NCBI GenBank assembly: GCA_022563685.1
Contig: JADFMY010000008.1
Coordinates: 7,554-39,553, forward strand
Length of the DNA stretch: 32,000 nt
From: Pseudomonadota bacterium
Lineage (GTDB): Bacteria > Pseudomonadota > Gammaproteobacteria > GCA-001735895
Direction of reading: 5' to 3'
The notes under the pieces are model-generated. The model searched no databases. It was given only the letters and a program-made list of their open reading frames with translations, and was not told the origin of the DNA. Below are positions 19,271 through 27,840 of the stretch, in pieces (the first letter of the stretch is position 1; every line of letters starts with the position of its first letter). The position numbers and the translations under genes were made by a program.

Positions 19271-19798
19271 TTAATTGCTGGTGAATACCATATCGCCACC
19301 GGGTGCTGCGGTATGGCAGGCGATACATCCTTTGGGCTTCCCTTTTGCTACCTTGCCTGCCAACTTCATTCCTTTTGGGTTGGTATCTATGCTGCCATCG
19401 GCCTTGTATTTTACCCAGAACCAGTCTTTGGTTTCTGCATCGTAGCCGGGGCGTTTCAGCATTACGGTAACCGCTTTGAGGTATTTTTCCGGATCATTGG
19501 CAACAGTCTCCTTGCTAACGCCAGGTCCGCCATAGTTACGTTTGATAATAATGTTGAGTAACCTGCCATCGATATTGATGGGTCCCCTAATTGTGTCGAG
19601 AATTGCTCCATGGGGATGCTGGCCTTTATAGGGTTGTGACATAATACTGTCCTTCCCTGCATACGAAGAGTTGACCATCGTTGTCCACAGGTTTTTAGCA
19701 TACTTGACATCGGCATCGCCTCCAAATGGCGCCGCAGCATTTACCATTCCAATAGTCAGAAGCAGAGCCCCTAGACATATCGTTTGTATTGTTTTCAT
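19271..19798 (-). CDS. periplasmic mono-haem cytochrome P460 / cytochrome c'-beta family protein
   Basis: Signal peptide (..GMVNA|AAP). A single CXXCH (CIACH) lies near the C-terminus and is followed by GGDMVFT, matching the N. europaea P460 tail (CAACH..TDMVFT). WFWVKY resembles the family WAFY segment. Confidence 0.7.
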   Translation of the reverse strand: MKTIQTICLGALLLTIGMVNAAAPFGGDADVKYAKNLWTTMVNSSYAGKDSIMSQPYKGQHPHGAILDTIRGPINIDGRLLNIIIKRNYGGPGVSKETVANDPEKYLKAVTVMLKRPGYDAETKDWFWVKYKADGSIDTNPKGMKLAGKVAKGKPKGCIACHTAAPGGDMVFTSN

Positions 19799-19960
19799 CT
19801 AAATATTTCCTCTGATTGGGTGAATGAACAAAGATTATGACCGTAGACACCAGATTTGGTTTCAAATTTGCCGAGATAAAATAGGCAATTTACTCATCAT
19901 CGACCTGAATCGGCGAAAACCAATGGCCAGATAGTAGTTTACGCCACCCTTCGGCCTGAT

Positions 19961-20374
19961 TTATTTGGTCGGCAGTTCGTCGTACGATACCAGTTCTTCC
20001 ACCGCTTTCAGCCAGGGTGCGCGATCCTGGTAAAAGATATTGTGACTCGGTCGAATATCGGGATCTTCATCCAGTGTGCCAGCCGGTATGATCACGGCTC
20101 CGCCACTCTGGGATAGCCAGGGCAACGAAGATCCGCACCGAGTGCAAAAGCAGGTGGCGAAATGCCTGGCATCGGGAAGCTCGAAACGACCGACCGAGGT
20201 TTCGCCGCTGAGCCATTCGAACTGTTTAGGGTCGACAATAATATTGGCCGCGTGTGCACTACCAGTAAATTTGCGACAGCGCGAGCAGTGGCAATACTGA
20301 AAAACAAACTCGGGGCCCGAGAATTGATAAGTCACGCTACCACACAGGTAACTACCTTTTATTTTTTTAATCAT
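19961..20374 (-). CDS. GFA (glutathione-dependent formaldehyde-activating / CENP-V) family protein
   Basis: Zn-binding Cys pattern CGSV..CHCSRCRK..CTRCGS. I chose ATG 20374, which is preceded by GGAG at 8 nt. Confidence 0.8.
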   Translation of the reverse strand: MIKKIKGSYLCGSVTYQFSGPEFVFQYCHCSRCRKFTGSAHAANIIVDPKQFEWLSGETSVGRFELPDARHFATCFCTRCGSSLPWLSQSGGAVIIPAGTLDEDPDIRPSHNIFYQDRAPWLKAVEELVSYDELPTK

Positions 20375-20400
20375 ATTTTGATCTCCGGTTTTGGCGCCTC

Positions 20401-22383
20401 TCATAAGGAAAGGCCAAGCTTGCGGCCTTCATAAAAAGCGTAGGGAGCCGAGCGCGGTGCAGCGCAATCGCCGACGATATGAAAGGCGATGCCGGTATCG
20501 CTCAATGCGCGTTCGATATCGTTGCATGCCATATTGGTGGTCGCGGTAACGATGGCCGAGGCTTCTACCACGCGGGTCGAATCGTCCAGCATCGAGCGGA
20601 TTTCAGCGCGGTCGCCATGCCAGTGGGTAATTACCGATTCCACCATAAAATGAACCCGGGCCTGGGCCAGGTTGGCGCGAATTTGGAAGTCGGCGGTGGT
20701 GCGGGTCAATTCCTTGCCGACGTAGGCATCGGGGGTGACCAGCGTAACATCGTGACCCCTGTCGGACAGATACCAGGCGGTGCCGGTACCGCGCCAGTTG
20801 CCGCCCTCGTCGAGTACAATCACCGACTGACCCAGTTCGGCCTGTTCGCGGATGACTTCTTCGCAGGACCAGACATTGCCATTGCTGAGTCCGGGTAATT
20901 CCGGCTGTTCGGGTAGCCACCGTTGGCGGGCAAGACCATCGGGAATCGAGCCGGTTGCCAGCACCACTTCGTCGGCCCCGAACTCGATAATATCCCCTTC
21001 GTCCATAGGCGTGAAATATCGCACTTCGACCCCGAGCTTTTCGAACTGGCGTAAATACCAGCCGATCAGGTCGGTAATTTGACCCCGCCGTGGCGTCAGA
21101 CCAGCTAAACGAAACTGCCCGCCAGGGTCACCCAGCGCTTCTACCAGCGTTACCTGATGCCCGCGCTCGGCGGCTACGCGCGCCGTTTCCATACCAGCCG
21201 GACCAGCACCGACTATCAGGACTTTTTTCGGTGCGTCGGTTTTGCTAAAGCGATCGCCGCCCCATTCGAACTCACGCCCGACCGACGGATTCACCAGGCA
21301 GGATATCCAGTAGTCACGCGAACGCCTGCCCCAGCACATCTGGTTGCAGGAAATACAACTACGAATGTCGTCCCCCCGGCCTGCGCGCGCCTTGTTGACC
21401 AAGTGCGGGTCGGCGATTTGTCCGCGCACGATCGATACAAGGTCAGAATCCCCGCTGGCGATGACATAATCGGCGTTTTCCGGCGTACGGATATGGCTCT
21501 CGGCGGTAATTTTCGCATGTTTCACTACCGATTTGAGCGCCGCAGCCAATGGTGCGCCGAGGTTTTCGCCGTAAACAAAGGTTGGCATCAGGCGTATCCA
21601 GTCAACATAGTTTCCCGAGCCGCAGGATACGTAATCGAGGTTGCCGCTTCGATCGTGCAGCGTGATGATTTCCTGTAAATCTTCAAGCGTTAAGTTATAG
21701 GGGGTGTGCTCCGAATAACTCACCGACACGCCGATAATAAAATCGTCGCCGCAGGCTTTTCGGATCGAGTTCATGATTGATACCGAAAGGCGTGTACGGT
21801 TTTCCAGCGAGCCACCCCATCGGTCCTCGCGCCGATTCGACCAGGGGGTCCAGAATTGATCGAGCAGGGCATGGTAAGCAGCAAACAGATCAACACCGTC
21901 AAACCCGGCTTGCCGACATCGCATCGCTGCACGGGTAAATCCCTCGATCACTTCTTCGATGTCCTTTTCCGACATGCAATGACTGCCGTCGGAATCGTGA
22001 TACGAGGGGTGTCCCGACGGCGACCAGTGCGGCGCAAAGGATAAGTCAGAGTCGCCGTGTTGCCCGACGTGATAAAGCTGTTGCACGATGGTTGTACCCT
22101 GGTCGTGTACGGCATCGGTAATCTTGCGAAAATGCGGCACTACCGAGTCATCGCTATGACGAAAGTTGCCCCGTGTCAGTACCGCGGTTGCGTGTACCGG
22201 CATCGGTTCGACCACAATCATCGCCGCACCGCCAATGGCGCGCTCCTCGTAATAGGCGCGATGACGTTCACCCGGCAAACCTTGTTCCGACATATTCGTC
22301 GTATGCGCGCCAAACACGATACGGTTGTCGAGCGTCCTGTGACGCAATCCCAGGGGCTGAAACAGGTTATTATATTCGGTCAT
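20401..22383 (-). CDS. OYE-type FMN / 4Fe-4S / FAD-NAD(P) oxidoreductase (2,4-dienoyl-CoA reductase family; DgcA/StcD-like amine demethylase candidate)
   Basis: 660 aa. It has an N-terminal old-yellow-enzyme TIM barrel, the Cys cluster CISCNQMCWGRR...C, then VLIVGAGPAGMETA and a second nucleotide-binding region. Confidence 0.85.
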   Translation of the reverse strand: MTEYNNLFQPLGLRHRTLDNRIVFGAHTTNMSEQGLPGERHRAYYEERAIGGAAMIVVEPMPVHATAVLTRGNFRHSDDSVVPHFRKITDAVHDQGTTIVQQLYHVGQHGDSDLSFAPHWSPSGHPSYHDSDGSHCMSEKDIEEVIEGFTRAAMRCRQAGFDGVDLFAAYHALLDQFWTPWSNRREDRWGGSLENRTRLSVSIMNSIRKACGDDFIIGVSVSYSEHTPYNLTLEDLQEIITLHDRSGNLDYVSCGSGNYVDWIRLMPTFVYGENLGAPLAAALKSVVKHAKITAESHIRTPENADYVIASGDSDLVSIVRGQIADPHLVNKARAGRGDDIRSCISCNQMCWGRRSRDYWISCLVNPSVGREFEWGGDRFSKTDAPKKVLIVGAGPAGMETARVAAERGHQVTLVEALGDPGGQFRLAGLTPRRGQITDLIGWYLRQFEKLGVEVRYFTPMDEGDIIEFGADEVVLATGSIPDGLARQRWLPEQPELPGLSNGNVWSCEEVIREQAELGQSVIVLDEGGNWRGTGTAWYLSDRGHDVTLVTPDAYVGKELTRTTADFQIRANLAQARVHFMVESVITHWHGDRAEIRSMLDDSTRVVEASAIVTATTNMACNDIERALSDTGIAFHIVGDCAAPRSAPYAFYEGRKLGLSL

Positions 22384-22611
22384 GGCACTCGCGAGCGGTT
22401 AAAAACGTCAAATATAACGGTTGTACCTTTAGGCACAAAACGATTTATTATCTTTAGCTGGCTAGGGAAGGTCTTATTTATTCAGTGGGTTTCTGGGGGT
22501 TAAATTTTTATTTACGCGCATTTGAAACTATTGGTCGATACTTGCTATCCAATCGATGAAGCTGTTCAATCCCATCCCTTAATAGAAGAAATCAACTCAC
22601 AGGAGAGTATT

Positions 22612-23142
22612 ATGACCGTATTAAAACCCCGCCAGCCCGTACCAGAATTAAAGGTAGATACCCTGCAGGGCCCATGGTCGCTGAGCGATCAAAAACCCGA
22701 AAATTTTACCATGGTTGTTTTTTACCGCGGCCTGCACTGTCCACTATGCAGCAAGTATCTCGGGGAACTGGATAAACTCGCGGGAGATTTCGCCGATGCA
22801 GGTGTGTCTATACTGGCCTTGAGTAGCGATGACAAAGAGCGTACACAACAGGCCTACGAAGACTGGGGTTTGAAAAATACTAATCTGGGCTATGGTGTGA
22901 GCGTCGAACAGGCCCGGGCCTGGGGATTACATCGTTCCGCTGGCAGGGGCAAGACTTCAGCCGGTATTGAAGAGCCCGCCGAGTTCAGTGAACCGGGGCT
23001 ATTTTTGATGCGTCCCGACAATACTCTTTATTGGGGTCTGATTAGCACGATGCCGTTCGCGCGCCCGCATTTTCGTGAAATCCTGGGAGCACTTAGTTTC
23101 GTGCTTGCCAATGACTACCCGGCCAGGGGAGAGCTGGTTTAG
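22612..23142 (+). CDS. peroxiredoxin-like (AhpC/TSA, thioredoxin-fold) protein
   Basis: VVFYRGLHCPLCSKYL motif. ATG 22612 is preceded by AGGAG at 6 nt; the track start at 22522 is a TTG extension. Confidence 0.75.
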   Translation: MTVLKPRQPVPELKVDTLQGPWSLSDQKPENFTMVVFYRGLHCPLCSKYLGELDKLAGDFADAGVSILALSSDDKERTQQAYEDWGLKNTNLGYGVSVEQARAWGLHRSAGRGKTSAGIEEPAEFSEPGLFLMRPDNTLYWGLISTMPFARPHFREILGALSFVLANDYPARGELV

Positions 23143-23177
23143 CCGAGCTATTTACTAAATTGGCGCTTCCCCTGGTT

Positions 23178-23204
23178 GTAGCCGGTCGAATGAATTCGAC
23201 CGGC
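23178..23204 (+). repeat. REP-like element (GTAG head plus 10-bp perfect stem)
   Basis: GTAG at 23178-23181. GCCGGTCGAA (23181-23190) pairs with TTCGACCGGC (23195-23204) across the loop TGAA. It lies between the convergent peroxiredoxin-like and MttB-family genes. Confidence 0.6.
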
Positions 23205-23253
23205 TGCGGTTATCAATCGGGGAGAGCCATTAAACCTCACCGGGAATCGGTAT

Positions 23254-24819
23254 TTACCAGCGGCCATTACCGGGGTGCATATCTTTCGTTGCGAGTCTGA
23301 CAGGGAATTTTGCACGGATAGCCGCGTCAGTTTTGGCATCGAGATGATCGGGGTAGTGGGTCGATAGTATCTGCTTCACGCTCTGCTGCGCGCGGGCCAT
23401 GATATCGAGGCTACCTTCTTCTTCCCAGGCGCCTGGGGCAGAGCGGTCGGCAAGCTCAGGATAAAGGTAATCGGTTTCCATCAGTTCGAGTGTTTGCGGT
23501 TGGCCCAGGTAATGTCCTGCTCCCAACGCCACCTCGCGCATCACGTCCATCGACAGGGTTTCGTCATTGACCTCGATTCCTGCCACCACGCGCTGCGCCA
23601 TCCCTAGCATATCGTTATCGATCATCAAGGCTTCATAACTACAGCCCATCAGGCTGCCAAGCATACCGGCCGATTCCAATATACGGTTGGCGCCTGCGAG
23701 CCCGGCGGTGACCGCGGTGATGCCTTTTTCAAATCCAGCCTGTGCATCCGGCAACTTGGAATCGGTCATGCTTGCCGCAACGCTGGTTGGCAGGTCGTAG
23801 AATCGACCGATTTGTGCGCAGGCCGACATCGCCAGTGCTTCTTCGCCACTGCCGCCGGTAAAAGAGCCCGTGCGCAGGTCAGAAATGAAAGGCCAGATAG
23901 CAAAGGTCATCGGGCAACCAGGATTGATGATGTTGACTATGGCCAGGCAGGCCAGTCCTTCGGCCGTCACCTGGGCCAGGGTTCCTGCTATGGCCGCGGG
24001 TGAGGTGGCGCCGGCCTGTGGCGCAATGGCGATATCGTTTATCAGCCCCAGTTTGCTGGTCTCTACCAGCAATTCGAGATTATCCTCGCCGAAGCGCAAG
24101 GGTGAGACGATGGGGCACCCGCCAAAGGAGAGGAAGGGTTTTTTGGCAAATCGCCCCTCGCCACCGAGCACCATATCGAACATTTCTATCGTGGGGCGAA
24201 CGTTTTTAGCATCGGTAAAAGTCATTTCGCAGGGCTTTTGCGTGGCTGCCAACAGGGCATAGGCGACATTGAAGTCATGCTCTACCGGGTCGGTCAATTC
24301 GGTCGGAATCACCATTTGTCCAAACTGGTGGATGTTGCTGAGGGTATCCACGAGCCGTCCCAGGTCGTATAAATCAACTAGCTTTGATGGGCGAAAACTA
24401 CGATCTTCTGGCTCGTAAATGCTTACCGCCTCGCCACTGGTGGAATAGTTGACATGGTAGCCACCGACGTGCACATCGGCGTGCGCGGGGCTACGGCTAT
24501 AAATGGTATATTCACGCGCGGCGCCGGCAATCGTATCTTCGATCAGTGTTTTCGGAAAACATAAGCGCTGGTTGTCATCCAGCCAGCAGCCCGCGTCGAT
24601 CGCGTACTCTAATACCTCGGGGCTTGGGTCGCCGATGCCGATTGTTTCCAGTACATCGAGCGCGGTGCTATGAATTTTTTCAAGATCGGTCTGTTTCAGT
24701 GGTTTGTACCCACCCCCTTCGAGTCCAGCGTGGACTGGGTTTTTCCCTGCCGCTGCCTGGCGCAACTCGCGGCGTGCTTCACGGGCGTTGCCTTTACGTC
24801 TTCGTGTTCTGGTCTGCAT
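23254..24819 (-). CDS. MttB-superfamily (trimethylamine methyltransferase family) protein, non-pyrrolysine type
   Basis: 521 aa. It has the Arg-rich N-terminus and ..LEKIHSTALDVLETIGI.. typical of proteobacterial MttB homologues. The ORF is uninterrupted, with no in-frame TAG. Confidence 0.85.
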   Translation of the reverse strand: MQTRTRRRKGNAREARRELRQAAAGKNPVHAGLEGGGYKPLKQTDLEKIHSTALDVLETIGIGDPSPEVLEYAIDAGCWLDDNQRLCFPKTLIEDTIAGAAREYTIYSRSPAHADVHVGGYHVNYSTSGEAVSIYEPEDRSFRPSKLVDLYDLGRLVDTLSNIHQFGQMVIPTELTDPVEHDFNVAYALLAATQKPCEMTFTDAKNVRPTIEMFDMVLGGEGRFAKKPFLSFGGCPIVSPLRFGEDNLELLVETSKLGLINDIAIAPQAGATSPAAIAGTLAQVTAEGLACLAIVNIINPGCPMTFAIWPFISDLRTGSFTGGSGEEALAMSACAQIGRFYDLPTSVAASMTDSKLPDAQAGFEKGITAVTAGLAGANRILESAGMLGSLMGCSYEALMIDNDMLGMAQRVVAGIEVNDETLSMDVMREVALGAGHYLGQPQTLELMETDYLYPELADRSAPGAWEEEGSLDIMARAQQSVKQILSTHYPDHLDAKTDAAIRAKFPVRLATKDMHPGNGRW

Positions 24820-24941
24820 TAATATCGGGCCCTGGCGTTATACTGTCGGGTAGTGGTGACGAGTAAGCCCTATTTTCTCACACAAAAACAGGCCAGGAGA
24901 GAATTTTTTATTCGCAGGCTTTTGGAACAGATACGCAATAA

Positions 24942-26444
24942 CTACAGATGCTGTTGCTGACGTTTATTCGCGACTCCGGCTCGGTCGATGGTGTTTAAGG
25001 CCAGGCTATCGAACTCAAGTCGTCCTTTTTGCCCTGAACGTTGGTAATCCAGCTTTAAAGAGGCTCTAACGATGCCTGGATTCGCATCCATGTGCTCGCT
25101 CAGCACCTTATAAACTAACTCAAAAATTCGTTTTAGCGAAATCTTCCAGGTACTGTCTGCAAGGCGGTACAGCGTATCGCTGAGTCGAAGAAAACGATGA
25201 AAAGGATCGTCGCCGAGGATGACAGGCAGAGTATCCCGAAAGCGCCCCGAATTGCCGATCCTATCCCAGAAACGCGCAAACCGATTCACCCGCTGCATGG
25301 TGGCGAAATCGATATCGCGTGTGCTCAATATATTGTACGGCGCCTGTGGGTTGTACCTGAGTTGATAAGTTTCAGTATGTCGATTGATCGGGGCGCCGCG
25401 CAGGCGCTTGAGGATACCGAGCTGGATTTCCTGCGGGTTTAGTGCCACCAGTTGGTTGAAACTCTGTGCGAAATTTTCCAGCGTGTCGCCAGGCAGGCCA
25501 AAGATTAAATCGGCATGGATATGCGCGCCGGTATTTTCGCGCAGCCAGCGCAAATTTTCGCTGGTTTTTGCATTATTCTGTTTACGGCTGATGCGTGCCT
25601 GAATCTCAGGGTCGAAAGTTTGTACGCCGATTTCCAACTGTAACGAGTTTGGCGGAAACCTGGCCAATACCGCTTTTAGTTTATCGGGCAGATTATCGGG
25701 GATGACTTCGAAATGCAGGTATAAACCGTCGCTCAACCGTTGCAGAAAAAATTCCAGAATGGCAACACTGGTACTGACCTTGAGGTTAAAGGTTCGATCG
25801 ATAAACTTAAAATTCCGCGCGCCGCGTTGAAACAGGCGATCCATTTCGATTAGAAATGTCTCAAGGTTGAAAGCTAATGCGGTTTTATCCAGCGAGGAAA
25901 GACAAAATTCGCATTTGAATGGGCATCCGCGTGAAGCCTCGACATAGATCAGGCGGTTACGAATATCTTCGTCGGTATAATAACGATAAGGTAATTCCAG
26001 TTCATCTAAGGCGACGATTTCACCACCGATCACCGTGTTTTCGGGCGCTTCGCCCGCAAGCAGTTGTTCACACAGTTTACGCAGACTAATCTCGCCCGGC
26101 CCGGTGATCACATAATCAACCTGCCCGCAGATCGCTGGTTGATCCTGAGGAAAGCTCACTTCGGGCCCACCGACGATAATCGTCACCTCTGGTGCGATGG
26201 TCCTGATCAAGGCTATGACTTCGCTGGTCTCGGCCAGGTTCCAGATATAGACGCTAATACCAATGATTTTCGGCTGTGACTGCAATAATTTTTCTGCGAT
26301 ATCGATCGGGCGCTGCTGAATCGTGAATTCCTGCAATTGGGTCCGAGATCGCAACTCACCCAGATTGGCGTAGAGGTAGCGCAGGCCAAAAGCCGAGTGC
26401 ATGTAACGAGCGTTTAGCGTGGTGAGCAGAATATCTGTAGTCAT
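24942..26444 (-). CDS. B12-binding-domain radical SAM protein (DUF4080 type)
   Basis: The N-terminal LLTTLNARYMHSAFGLRYLYANL is typical of the family, and the radical SAM cluster motif RGCPFKCEFC is present. I chose ATG 26444 (MTTDILL). Confidence 0.85.
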   Translation of the reverse strand: MTTDILLTTLNARYMHSAFGLRYLYANLGELRSRTQLQEFTIQQRPIDIAEKLLQSQPKIIGISVYIWNLAETSEVIALIRTIAPEVTIIVGGPEVSFPQDQPAICGQVDYVITGPGEISLRKLCEQLLAGEAPENTVIGGEIVALDELELPYRYYTDEDIRNRLIYVEASRGCPFKCEFCLSSLDKTALAFNLETFLIEMDRLFQRGARNFKFIDRTFNLKVSTSVAILEFFLQRLSDGLYLHFEVIPDNLPDKLKAVLARFPPNSLQLEIGVQTFDPEIQARISRKQNNAKTSENLRWLRENTGAHIHADLIFGLPGDTLENFAQSFNQLVALNPQEIQLGILKRLRGAPINRHTETYQLRYNPQAPYNILSTRDIDFATMQRVNRFARFWDRIGNSGRFRDTLPVILGDDPFHRFLRLSDTLYRLADSTWKISLKRIFELVYKVLSEHMDANPGIVRASLKLDYQRSGQKGRLEFDSLALNTIDRAGVANKRQQQHL

Positions 26445-26591
26445 GGAAAGACTTTGGCTAACAGTCACAGGACGATTCGGGTAAGGATAGGTTAGTTTTC
26501 GGCAGGAAGATACAGGGTCCAGACACACAGCAATCGTTTGCCATGATTAACAACAGGGTTCAGATTGGATGGGCACATAAATAAACCCGCC

Positions 26592-26664
26592 ATTCCCGTG
26601 AAAACGGGAATCCTGTTGGAGCTGCCAAGTTAATGCCTGATAGATTCCGGCTCGGGGCCGGAAT
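26592..26664. repeat. two hairpins of an ATTCC[C/G]G-armed palindromic family
   Basis: ATTCCCGT (26592-26599) pairs with ACGGGAAT (26604-26611) across the loop GAAA. ATTCCGGC (26644-26651) pairs with GCCGGAAT (26657-26664) across the loop TCGGG. Both lie in the 299-bp divergent intergenic region. Confidence 0.5.
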
Positions 26665-26743
26665 GACGATTAGTAGGTTTCGAGTCTTAAGTTGACAGTC
26701 ATTCGGTTTAGAATACCCTTTCATTAACTTGCCGGAGCGATGC

Positions 26744-27319
26744 ATGCCACGAATCAAACCAGTAAATCGAAATCAGCTCGATCCTGAAACACGTTCGTTG
26801 TTAAAAACGAAAAGCGGTGGTGACGAGGCACGCTGGAATGTGTTCGAAGGCGTAGCCAATAATGCGGCAACCCTGCGCGGAATATTTGGCCTGAGCGATT
26901 CGATTAACCAGGGCTTGAGTTCACTCGAGCAGGAAGTAGTAGCCATCGAAATGGCTCGCTATAACGGATGTGGTTACTGTTTGCCGGCGCATCGGTTTGT
27001 TTGCAACGAACTGGGTGTCGAGCAGGCTGACATCGATGCTATGACCCGAGGTGAATTGTTGACGCAGCAACCGCAACTGATGGTTATCCAGCAATTTGTA
27101 CGAACCGCCCTGAACAAGAAAGGTAATCTGGACGACAAAGAATTCGCCGTCTTTCAGTCGCGTGGAATAAACGATGAAAAGATGATCGTGATTCTCTCTG
27201 AAATCGCATTTTATACTTTTATGAATTACTTCAATCGTCTGGCTGGAACCGAAATCGAGGAACAGGTATTACCTCATGTGAGCGAAGAGGTTGCCTGGGT
27301 TACATCGCCTGACAGGTGA
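26744..27319 (+). CDS. carboxymuconolactone decarboxylase / AhpD-like family protein
   Basis: AhpD core motif E..ARYNGCGYCLPAH (CxxC..H). ATG 26744 is preceded by GGAG at 6 nt. Confidence 0.8.
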   Translation: MPRIKPVNRNQLDPETRSLLKTKSGGDEARWNVFEGVANNAATLRGIFGLSDSINQGLSSLEQEVVAIEMARYNGCGYCLPAHRFVCNELGVEQADIDAMTRGELLTQQPQLMVIQQFVRTALNKKGNLDDKEFAVFQSRGINDEKMIVILSEIAFYTFMNYFNRLAGTEIEEQVLPHVSEEVAWVTSPDR

Positions 27320-27338
27320 GGCAGCAAGCATCGCCTGA

Positions 27339-27674
27339 TTATCCCGGCCAGTCTTCACCATCGGTATAACGCGTACCCCGGTGTCCCCGTTTGGGTACCG
27401 GCGTCGCCAGGCGTTCGCCGGGCGCATCGACGATTATCAATGTGCGAGGCTTGCCGGAATTCGGATTCAACGCACCGGTGATGAATTCACGAATCTTCAA
27501 GCGTCCGTGTAATTGGTCGCCAAAAATCGTATACACATAGTCACCCGTTTTCAGTCTTGTCGGATTGGCGCCCGCCATGTGGAATTCAAATTCCCTGCGG
27601 CTGCCGTCGTAGAGCGAGTCCAGTGTTTCAACACCGGCTTTGGCAGGAATGGTCTTGGTGATTCCGAAACTCAT
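27339..27674 (-). CDS. hypothetical protein (possibly a small PUA/ASCH-like beta-barrel; unassigned)
   Basis: 111 aa from ATG 27674, or 130 aa from GTG 27731. I recognise no motif with confidence. The segment LKTGDYVYTIFGDQLHGRLKIREF is reminiscent of ASCH-type proteins. The RBS is weak. Confidence 0.5.
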   Translation of the reverse strand: MSFGITKTIPAKAGVETLDSLYDGSRREFEFHMAGANPTRLKTGDYVYTIFGDQLHGRLKIREFITGALNPNSGKPRTLIIVDAPGERLATPVPKRGHRGTRYTDGEDWPG

Positions 27675-27840
27675 GCAGTTATTCTCTACTAAAGGCTTCT
27701 TTTGTTCCAGTTTGTATTCGTTGCAATGCACTGCGGTTATTTCACCCGATGGAAAGATGGCTCGCCAGGCAGAGGATGATTTTAAATCGGGCTTGCCACT
27801 GATAGACTACCCGCCGTAAAAAATGCTTTCAGGAAAGCGA

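Noticed and set aside
23254-24819. Possible pyrrolysine (in-frame TAG) recoding in the MttB-family gene.
   Set aside because: The 521-aa ORF is uninterrupted from ATG to TAA. No in-frame amber codon is present and no pyl genes are in the window.
24820-26560. A cobalamin riboswitch upstream of the MttB-family or B12-radical-SAM genes.
   Set aside because: I found no B12-box-like GCCACTG core or the usual conserved GC-rich helices in either leader by eye. A covariance-model scan would be the definitive test.
26560-26757. The 65-aa ORF on the - strand in the radical-SAM/AhpD-like intergenic region.
   Set aside because: It is composed largely of translated palindromic repeats (VIPAPSRN.., FPFSREW), has no RBS, and overlaps the AhpD-like start. 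It is a typical repeat-derived pseudo-ORF.
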